A stretch of 32,000 nt of DNA, taken from Halomicronema hongdechloris C2206. GTDB taxonomy: Bacteria > Cyanobacteriota > Cyanobacteriia > Phormidesmidales > Phormidesmidaceae. The DNA is taken from assembly GCF_002075285.3 (NCBI RefSeq), contig NZ_CP021983.2, positions 2,040,001-2,072,000 on the forward strand, read 5' to 3'. Positions 18,701 through 25,023 of this stretch are shown one piece after another (the first letter of the stretch is position 1; each line of letters opens with the position of its first letter). Below the pieces are notes generated by a model. The model worked only from the letters and a program-made list of their open reading frames with translations. It made no database searches and had not been told where the DNA came from. A program made the translations under genes and the position numbers.

Positions 18701-19057
18701 GGCGACGACATCATCAACGGCGGCCGCGGCCGCGACTGGCTCATCGGCGACAGTGGCGACTTCGATGAAGGGGCCCCCCCATCTATGGCCGGAGCCGACC
18801 GCTTTGTCTTCGAGGGTAGATTTGGCCACGACCTCATCGTCGACTTCCAATCTGGCCCCGATCAGATCGATATCTCTGCCCTCGACCTCAGCTTCGGGGC
18901 CATCGACAGCAACGGCGATGGCGTCATCAACAGCGGCGATAAATTCATGAGGCAGCGGGGCGAAGACAGCCTACAGGTGAATCTGCGACCCTTCGGCGGC
19001 GGCAAGATTACCGTCCTCGGCGTCAGCAGCCTGACAGAAGCCGACCTCGTCGTCTAA
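15644..19057 (+). CDS. ExeM/NucH-type extracellular nuclease with lamin-tail domain, EEP nuclease domain and C-terminal RTX calcium-binding repeats
   Basis: - LTD-like segment: VAINELRIDQPGSDTDEYFELFG.
- ExeM/NucH-like segment: IYDIQGAGHTSPLLGETVVTAGIVTA ... GFFLQDPQGDGNIATSDAIFVF.
- EEP motifs: ASYNVLNL, GLQEIQDNSG, NHFSSKGG, LGDLNEFEF, SDHDPL.
- GGxGxD nonapeptides at ~18520-18760: GGRGRDLVVGGNGDDIINGGRGRDWLIGDSG.
- The ORF-track start is a GTG directly after a stop, so the true 5' end is uncertain. Confidence 0.85.
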   Translation: MVQASTSKPSGPTPVAMRGHSPGSESGDFIGVNSFAGSNAPDVSANGTAVAENSEQNFEFNDGDGRLDLVFEPVDVSGFSNRSLSFDYWINSTGYESSDSFSAALSDGTTEVSLFDFGEVELEGNTSADDGTANWTPFTVDLESLITGGLGETLTLTISVDTNAGSENIFVDNVAFLSDVPGGGPPQVAINELRIDQPGSDTDEYFELFGNANAPLDGLFYLVIGDGSGGSGVIENVTDLSGQTLNANGFFLAAEGSFTLGSADLTTSLGFENSDNVTHLLVQGFTGSDDDDLDTDDDGVLDLTPWSALLDSVALIETVGSGDQVYSATQVGPDGSFVPGHVFRDPDGTGAFQIGAFDPVGGNDTPGATNEFVPPPATPAAIYDIQGAGHTSPLLGETVVTAGIVTALESNGFFLQDPQGDGNIATSDAIFVFTGGAPGVTVGDELSVTGKVSEFTPGGVATRNLSTTQISGNPEIVTLSTGNALPAAEIIGAGGRVPPTETIDDDAFASFDPTGDGIDFFESLEGMRVTATNLAAVAGTNRFGEIFTVADLDPTTPGIQGATGISERGTLNISPDDFNPEKIQIDFDDDILPGFTFPDVNVGAQLGDVTGVISYDFGNFQIQPTEAFSATPAAPELQPEVTEITKGAGQLTMASYNVLNLDVNDSDGDTDVADGRFQAIAEQIVNNLKTPDIIGLQEIQDNSGSDDDGTVSASETLQALVDAIATAGGPQYEFIDNTFITDGVSGGQPGGNIRTAFLYNPDAVNLVEGSVQTIGGQNPGDAFFDARLPLVASFEFQGQEVTVVNNHFSSKGGSAPILGTEQPFEARQEEVAVNGSLDERIAQAEAVKDFVDGLLASNPEANVVALGDLNEFEFVSPVDDILGSSLTNLVDTLPADERYSFIFQGNSQQLDHILVSDHLTAGAQFDIVHTNSEFAEVTGRASDHDPLLASLQLLNPIDGSRRGDVIVGTDKADLIQAFGGRDRIFAADGNDRVFAGVFGNDGDDLLDGGRGRDLVVGGNGDDIINGGRGRDWLIGDSGDFDEGAPPSMAGADRFVFEGRFGHDLIVDFQSGPDQIDISALDLSFGAIDSNGDGVINSGDKFMRQRGEDSLQVNLRPFGGGKITVLGVSSLTEADLVV

Positions 19058-19080
19058 ACGACACCGTCAGCCAGCTGTCA

Positions 19081-19110
19081 AAGCCTCTGCCCCCGGGCAG
19101 GGGCTTTTAT
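19081..19110 (+). terminator. rho-independent terminator after the nuclease gene
   Basis: AAGCCTCTGCC-CCCG-GGCAGGGGCTT followed by TTTAT. Hand pairing of 19081-19091 with 19096-19106 gives an 11-bp stem with one G-U pair, 24 nt after the stop codon. Confidence 0.7.
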
Positions 19111-19274
19111 AGACTACGGCTAGGAGCCGCTTCTATGGTAGGTGTAGGGAGCGACCGCTGCAAACCATGGCCCTAGCCCGGCTCGTAATCGGTCGCCTGC
19201 CCCTGGTACACCCCTTCAGATCTAACCCTGGACGCGATGTCAATGCGGTTTACGTGAGGAGTCCTGTGGAGTTG

Positions 19275-20066
19275 ATGGATCAGACAGCCATTCTACGCAT
19301 CGGCGATCAGCCCCTACCCCTCAAGGAGTTGGTGTCTCGACTCTACCGCTATGGTCTAGTACCTGCCTTGCTGAAGGACTGGGTGATCGATCAGACCGTG
19401 GCCACCGTCGATTTGAGTGAGGCCGAGAAGCAAGCCGCCCAGGAACAGTTCATCCAAGCCCATCAACTAGTCAGTGAAGAACGACAACAGGCCTTTGTGC
19501 AGCAACGGGGCCTATCCCTAGAGCAACTGCCCCTACTGGCCCAGCGGCAATACCAACTGGAAAAATACAAACAACAAACCTGGGGAGCCCAGTTAGAATC
19601 CCACTTCCTGCAGCGCAAAAGCCAGCTGGACCGGGTGATTTATTCCCTGATTCGCAGCCAAGAGGCCGGCCTGGCCCAAGAACTCTATTTTCGCCTGCAA
19701 GACGACGGCGAATCCTTCGCAGAGCTGGCCCGCACCTATTCAGAGGGGCAAGAAGCCCAGACCGGGGGGCTGGTGGGGCCGGTGGAACTGAGCGTGCCCC
19801 ATCCCACCCTGGCCCGCATGCTGTCTCTGAGCCAACCGGGACAGCTCTGGCCCCCCACCAAAATCGGCGAGTGGTATGTGGTGGTGCGCCACGAGAAGTT
19901 TTTGCCGGCCCAGCTCAATGAGGCGACTCGCAAGCGATTACTCGATGAACTCTTCAACGGCTGGCTGCAAGACCAGCTGCAAGGGCTGACGCTGACGCTG
20001 GCCCCATCGCCGGACCCGATTCCCGTCGATCGGGAAGACGCTTCGGATGACGCGGCTAAACCATGA
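19275..20066 (+). CDS. PpiC/parvulin-type peptidyl-prolyl isomerase with SurA-like N-terminal domain
   Basis: Parvulin signature region (FAELARTYSEGQEAQTGGLVGPV ... GEWYVVVRHE). ATG 19275 (MDQTAILRIGDQ) is preceded by GAGGAG/GGAG. The ORF-track start at 19167 adds an unlikely Arg/Pro-rich leader. Confidence 0.75.
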   Translation: MDQTAILRIGDQPLPLKELVSRLYRYGLVPALLKDWVIDQTVATVDLSEAEKQAAQEQFIQAHQLVSEERQQAFVQQRGLSLEQLPLLAQRQYQLEKYKQQTWGAQLESHFLQRKSQLDRVIYSLIRSQEAGLAQELYFRLQDDGESFAELARTYSEGQEAQTGGLVGPVELSVPHPTLARMLSLSQPGQLWPPTKIGEWYVVVRHEKFLPAQLNEATRKRLLDELFNGWLQDQLQGLTLTLAPSPDPIPVDREDASDDAAKP

Positions 20067-20768
20067 CGCTTGGGGGATCAGCCATGGCCCCAGTCAGGGC
20101 TCATTCGCCGTCGATGAGGGCATGGGAAGACCCCGGGACCGGGCTTGTGAGCGAGCCCCAGGGACAGCGATTAGGGGTCAAAGCCTATACCCGCTGGAGT
20201 CCTGATCTGGAGAAATGCTGCATGCTGCTGAGCGCGAACGAGTCGTACGAACGAACGGCAGATGATGTCGAGGTACTCACAGGCGTGCGCGTCTCAGGCA
20301 GTACGCAACAGCGCCTGGTGCATCGCCAAGCCTTCGAACCAGCGCCCGTTGACTGTGGTATTAAGGAGATGAGTATTGATGGGGGCAACGTTCACCTACG
20401 GCCCCAGCGGGACAGCCGAGCCAGTGGCGCGACTACAAGGCAGTGACCTTGCATCAATGTGCCGTCAGTGCCTTCTTCCACAACACATTGGCCCGCCCCC
20501 TGAGCGTCTAGAGATTTTAGACTGGTGCCATCTCATCGAAAACCTGGGCAAAGTGGGTGGCTCAACGCGTCGGCTGGATGCGGTGGACGCCCGGCTGTGG
20601 CAGGGCGATGTAGATGGGGCTGTGAGGCTGTTTGATGACTGGCCGCATGAGCGGGTTGAGCGCTATCGCATTAATAAGGCGTCATGGCTATCAATGTGGA
20701 AGCTTCCGTTGTCTCGGGCGATTGAAATGCAATCAGGTTATCGCAACCTATGGTGTATACTCGTCTGA
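20063..20768 (+). mobile_element. decayed transposase gene, ISKra4-like, spread over three frames with internal loss
   Basis: Frame 1 reads ...LSANESYERTADDVEVLTGVRVSGSTQQRLV ... MSIDGGNVHLRP. A second frame reads QWRDYKAVTLHQCAVSAFFHN. A third reads LEILDWCHLIENLGKVGGS ... LWQGDVDGAV. From memory these are the conserved blocks of ISKra4-family transposases. The total length is far too short for an intact gene. Confidence 0.5.
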
Positions 20769-20785
20769 TTTTTACCTAATTCAGC

Positions 20786-20865
20786 AGAAGACAACCTCTT
20801 CTAATTTCTCTCTACACATCATAAATAGAAGACAACCTCTTCTAATTTCTCTCTACACATCATAA
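20786..20865. repeat. 41-bp tandem duplication (39 nt identical), each copy with a 6-bp hairpin
   Basis: AGAAGACAACCTCTTCTAATTTCTCTCTACACATCATAA occurs at 20786-20824 and again at 20827-20865. Each copy begins AGAAGA-caacc-TCTTCT. Confidence 0.9.
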
Positions 20866-21030
20866 GGGGACCTCGATTAATCAGTTTTCTTTAGCTAATG
20901 GCGTCTCATTCGATATCCCAGAATCCCTGCTGTCCCATGGCCTGCGTGCTTCAACAAAACCGACCTTATGATCTCATACTGAGATCGCTCTGGCTATTTT
21001 TCGAGGTGCCCATAAATAAACGTAGCTCGT

Positions 21031-21059
21031 TTGTTAGGCTGAAGGGCGTATTTTATAAT
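21031..21059 (+). promoter_or_regulatory. candidate sigma70-type promoter for the hlyD-like/synthase pair
   Basis: TTGTTA (21031-21036), a 17-nt spacer, then a perfect TATAAT (21054-21059). This lies ~155 nt upstream of the ATG at 21216. Sequence match only. Confidence 0.3.
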
Positions 21060-21215
21060 CTGGGCGCTATCTAAAGCCTTAACATCTATATCACACATTC
21101 ATCGGGGGATTTTACGGTAAGTTCATCGGAGTTTTTGAGGGAACTTGTTATCTTACCCTTAACGAGCAAACGAACAGTTCTTCTGGCATTAAAGCTGAGC
21201 TAGGTAACATGACTC

Positions 21216-22442
21216 ATGCAGGAAATTAAGTTACCGTTCGTCGATAAGAAGCCTTCAGCCCGCTCAATCGCTTCTAATGGGCTGATCTCCATTGCCAGCA
21301 TTGGCTTACTTATCTGGGCTTTTCAGCTTCTGCAGACTCGTCTTACCTCTGTTGTCAGTCACGATGCTGTTATCAACGGCGCCATTGTTGAAATCAAAGC
21401 TCCCCAAGAGGGAGTTGTGTCGCAGGTATCTATTGCTACCGGAGATGAGGCTTTACCAGGGCAGTCTCTGCTAACACTTAAGAATGACCAAATTAGCGAA
21501 CTCCAAGTTGAGGAAATTACCGGTCGCCTGAACCAGGGCCAAACAGAACTACAGCGAGCTCAGATTCGTTTGGATCAGTTAGTTGAGCTACTGCAAAGAG
21601 CTCAATCAGATAGTCAGGCTCAGTATCGTCTTGAAAATCTTGAAGCCGAAGAATCCATTGATCAAGTTGCTTCAGAGCTGAAAGGGGCAGAAGCCAAACT
21701 CCAACTTGCTCAAGTCAATTATGACCGGGCGGTGCAATTGCAGACTGCAGGTGCAATCTCTGTGGCAAGTTTGGATAGCGCTACAGTAGAAGTTGAGCAA
21801 CGCCAGGCAGAAGTAGATAGCCTTAAAAACCGTCTGAATAGGCTAGAGGCTGATCGACAAGCAGCAGCGTTAGGGCTAGTGATCAATCAAACTCGCAGTA
21901 ACTACGACCCTCGCATTAGGGTTCAAGAACTGCAATTACAAATCTCAGATCAGCAGCAATTGGTCCAAACACTAACTGAGGCAGTGGCCACGACTGAGGC
22001 AGAACTTGCCCAGGCCAAGTTAGATGCTGAGCGCAAACAGTTTACCCAAATTGAAGCCTCTACCGGTGGGGTAATCTGGAGTTTGCCCATTCAACCCGGT
22101 ACCTTTGTCCAGCGCGGTGAATCATTAGGACAACTACTGGACTGTAACCGTCGCTGGGTGGATGCCTTCGTGGATGAGCGTACCCTGAAATCACTTCAAG
22201 TTGGAACCCCCGCCACTATTGAACTGTACGGTGACAAATCAGTCACATTACAGGGCAGTGTTGGCTTAATTCGGTCGGGGCTAGAGCGACTATCACCAGG
22301 AGAAGATGTCGCTGTGCCGACTACGGCAAATACTCCACGCAATGCTCAGATTCGAGTCAATATTGAGCCAGATCAAAATCTGGATAGTCAGGATCAACTC
22401 TGCTATGTCGGTTATACCGGCAAGGTCATATTTGAAATCTGA
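21216..22442 (+). CDS. HlyD family periplasmic adaptor (membrane fusion) protein
   Basis: N-terminal membrane helix (LISIASIGLLIWAFQLL) and a lipoyl-like hairpin (INGAIVEIKAPQEGVVSQVSIATGDEALPGQSLLTL). A long Q/E/L-rich coiled coil is followed by a beta-barrel segment (GVIWSLPIQPGTFVQRGESLGQL). Confidence 0.85.
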   Translation: MQEIKLPFVDKKPSARSIASNGLISIASIGLLIWAFQLLQTRLTSVVSHDAVINGAIVEIKAPQEGVVSQVSIATGDEALPGQSLLTLKNDQISELQVEEITGRLNQGQTELQRAQIRLDQLVELLQRAQSDSQAQYRLENLEAEESIDQVASELKGAEAKLQLAQVNYDRAVQLQTAGAISVASLDSATVEVEQRQAEVDSLKNRLNRLEADRQAAALGLVINQTRSNYDPRIRVQELQLQISDQQQLVQTLTEAVATTEAELAQAKLDAERKQFTQIEASTGGVIWSLPIQPGTFVQRGESLGQLLDCNRRWVDAFVDERTLKSLQVGTPATIELYGDKSVTLQGSVGLIRSGLERLSPGEDVAVPTTANTPRNAQIRVNIEPDQNLDSQDQLCYVGYTGKVIFEI

Positions 22443-22641
22443 TGAATTCGACTTGAAATCGGATTTATGGAGGCCACTTGATGACTTAGAGATATATTTT
22501 TTTAACTCTAAATTAGGTTCAGAACCAGACAGTTTAGATAACTGTTTTATGCGACTTAATCATCAGTATGCGACTTAAGTCAAGCCGTAGCTCGATTATC
22601 TAATCTACTAAGACCGCATAAACCTAAGCTTTATTTACTTC

Positions 22642-24894
22642 ATGTTAACATCTAAAATTTCTCAATCGTCATCGAAATCATCCTCGACCAATCCTAAAAC
22701 TCCTAAAAAGGTAAACGCTCAGCATCATCACATTGCTCCCTGGGTTTGGTACCTATTTATTGGCAGCCTGTTACTTTGGTTTGGGGTAATACTATTAACG
22801 GCTCAGCGCCCGGTTTTAGTTCCCTTAGATATTGCTAACCCCACCAATTTGCCTCCACTGACTGGCTTTTTAGAGGTTCCACAAGACATTGATAAATTGT
22901 GGCTTCCAATTGGCGCTGTTCTAGGCTTTGGCATCTTATTGCGTTGGATCAAACCCAGCAACACCAGCCGTGTGGTAGTGCGCAGTGTCACGATTCTTCT
23001 GGCCGTTCGCTATTTGGTCTGGCGCTCGTTGACGACGCTGAACTTTTCTCACTGGATTAGCTTGAGTTTAAGCCTGCTCTTTTTCCTGAATGAGATTGTC
23101 TGGATCGGATCCTATCTGCTTTATCTACTTCAATCCACCTGGACCAATGAGAAACGGCGACGACGGGAAGCGGACTACTATTCCCAGACTGTACTCTCTG
23201 GAGAATATTTACCGTCAGTGGACGTATTTATCCCCACCTATAAGGAGCCAGAATTCATCGTACGGCGGACGGTGATTGGCTGTCAGGAGATGGACTATTC
23301 CAATAAGACTGTCTATGTTCTGGATGATACCCGTCGCCCCCATATTCGGGCTATGGCTGAGGAATTAGGGTGCAAATATATCACGCGTCTCGACAACACC
23401 CATGCCAAGGCTGGGAATCTCAACAATGCGCTTGCACATACGAAAGGCGAGCTGATCACGATTATGGATGCTGACTTCGTGCCCTTTAGGCACTTTCTGA
23501 CCCGTACCGTCGGCTTTTTCCAGAATCGCAAGATCGATCTCGTGCAAACGCCGCAACATTTTTATAATCCCGATTACCACGCCTATAACCTGGGGCTTGA
23601 TCGCTTCTTGCCCAACGATATGGAGCACTTCTTCGGCTTTGTACAACCTGGTCGCGATGCTGGCAACAGTGTGATCTGCTGTGGCACCTCCTATGTGGTG
23701 CGGCGGCAGGCCTTAGAAGCCATTGGCGGGTATTACACGCGCTGTTGCGTGGAAGACTACCAGACTTCTACCCGCATGCTGACCCAGGGGCAACATTTAA
23801 TCTACTTGAATGAAATCCTTAGCATGGGCGAATCTACCCGCACCTTTGCAGACTTTATCGATCAACGTCTGCGATGGCTACAGGGGAATCTCCAGGTTTA
23901 TTTCTGCGGCGATGACTTGCCGATCTGGTCAAGGTTGAACTGGATTCAGAAGAGCTATCACATCAACTTGATTCTGTATTGCCTGAATCCAGTGGTGCGG
24001 TTTATTTCCTTGACAGTTCCGTTGATTAGTTTATACCTAGGCTCTTCTCCCCTAGTGGCCCTCGCCCCAGATTACATGTACTATGTCATTCCATTTTTGT
24101 TGCTCTATAATGTCAGTTTCACCTGGGCAAACAACTATCGCCTCTCCGCCTTTTGGAACGAAGTATACGAAACTGCCTTTTGCTTCCCAGCCTTATCGCG
24201 CCTGGGACTGATTTTGCGCAATCCATTTGCTAAGGCCTCAACTGCAACGCGCAAGGGCGTCAAAGCAGAGACCAAAAACTATAACTTACATCTCACTTGG
24301 CAACTGATCGTCCTGATTCTACTAACCGTGGTGGGTTTGGTGTTCCACTACGGTGGTTATTTGACAGGGCGGTGGCCCTATCTGCAGTATGAATATGCTG
24401 GAAAAGAAATTCTGGTGTTTTGGTCGATCTATAACTTGGTAGTGATGACGGTGGCGGTGTTAGCAGCCATTGATCAGCCGGTGCGACGAGTTGTTGATCG
24501 GTTCCCGGTACGAACTTTGTGTCGATTGACTGTCGGTCATCAAATCTATGTGGGATATACCCATGATCTGTCGGAGGCTGGAGCTAGGCTAACCCTGAAG
24601 GCACCTATGCTGCAGTCAGAGGTATCTCCTGAGCAGCCAGCTTACCTCGAATTTTTGGAGGAGGACTTCACGGTGAAAACTAAGGTGCTGCGTTGGGGAG
24701 TGCAAGATGATCAGATCCAAGTTTCCCTGCAATTTATACGTATGACCCAGAAGCAGAATCAGCGCCTAGTATCCTGGCTCTATAGCGGTATGACTTGGTG
24801 GAAGCAGCCGAAGAAGCCTGGTGTGTTGGATTCTTTGCTGGCTATGGTTGCTGCTGTGTTAAGACTGAAGCCGGTCCTGAGAAGATACGTTTAG
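22642..24894 (+). CDS. BcsA-like family-2 processive glycosyltransferase (cellulose synthase-like) with C-terminal PilZ domain
   Basis: Motifs in BcsA order: VLDDT, MDADFVP, QTPQHFYNPD, CCGTSYVVRR, VEDYQTS and QRLRWLQG (QxxRW). Multiple TM helices follow, then PilZ signatures RRVVDR (RxxxR) and DLSEAG (DxSxxG). Confidence 0.9.
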   Translation: MLTSKISQSSSKSSSTNPKTPKKVNAQHHHIAPWVWYLFIGSLLLWFGVILLTAQRPVLVPLDIANPTNLPPLTGFLEVPQDIDKLWLPIGAVLGFGILLRWIKPSNTSRVVVRSVTILLAVRYLVWRSLTTLNFSHWISLSLSLLFFLNEIVWIGSYLLYLLQSTWTNEKRRRREADYYSQTVLSGEYLPSVDVFIPTYKEPEFIVRRTVIGCQEMDYSNKTVYVLDDTRRPHIRAMAEELGCKYITRLDNTHAKAGNLNNALAHTKGELITIMDADFVPFRHFLTRTVGFFQNRKIDLVQTPQHFYNPDYHAYNLGLDRFLPNDMEHFFGFVQPGRDAGNSVICCGTSYVVRRQALEAIGGYYTRCCVEDYQTSTRMLTQGQHLIYLNEILSMGESTRTFADFIDQRLRWLQGNLQVYFCGDDLPIWSRLNWIQKSYHINLILYCLNPVVRFISLTVPLISLYLGSSPLVALAPDYMYYVIPFLLLYNVSFTWANNYRLSAFWNEVYETAFCFPALSRLGLILRNPFAKASTATRKGVKAETKNYNLHLTWQLIVLILLTVVGLVFHYGGYLTGRWPYLQYEYAGKEILVFWSIYNLVVMTVAVLAAIDQPVRRVVDRFPVRTLCRLTVGHQIYVGYTHDLSEAGARLTLKAPMLQSEVSPEQPAYLEFLEEDFTVKTKVLRWGVQDDQIQVSLQFIRMTQKQNQRLVSWLYSGMTWWKQPKKPGVLDSLLAMVAAVLRLKPVLRRYV

Positions 24895-24939
24895 GCATAG
24901 TTTGCCATGCCGGCCATTGATCACATCCTGCAGCTCAAC

Positions 24940-24976
24940 AAAAAACTGGGAAAGTGCTGCTTGAACACCTTCCCAG
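24940..24976 (-). terminator. intrinsic terminator between the convergent genes, with a U-tract on the minus strand
   Basis: CTGGGAAAGTG (24946-24956) pairs with CACCTTCCCAG (24966-24976) in 10 of 11 positions, with a 9-nt loop. AAAAAA at 24940-24945 gives a T6 tract after the stem on the minus strand. Confidence 0.5.
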
Positions 24977-25023
24977 CTTAGATTTAGCAGCATGCCGTAG
25001 AGTACCCTGGTTGAGGCAACCGA

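Noticed and set aside
20786-20865. CRISPR-like appearance of the 39-nt repeat.
   Set aside because: There are only two copies, separated by 2 nt with no spacers, and no cas genes in the window.
21036-21079. Possible c-di-GMP riboswitch upstream of the hlyD-like gene. An AGGCT...AGCCT stem encloses GGGCG...GGGCGC...AAAGCC.
   Set aside because: There is only a superficial resemblance to the GEMM-I ACGCAAAGCC core. No GNRA tetraloop/receptor pair or second hairpin could be drawn. It also overlaps the candidate promoter. A covariance-model scan would settle it.
21216-22442. The idea that the HlyD-like protein is the type I secretion adaptor for the RTX nuclease 2 kb upstream.
   Set aside because: No ABC exporter is present. 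The two genes differ sharply in composition, are separated by a PPIase gene and an IS remnant, and the adaptor is linked to the synthase instead.
22306-22578. 90-aa ORF spanning the hlyD-like 3' end and the spacer.
   Set aside because: Two thirds of it overlaps the well-supported adaptor gene out of frame. The remainder is AT-rich spacer with no protein-like features.
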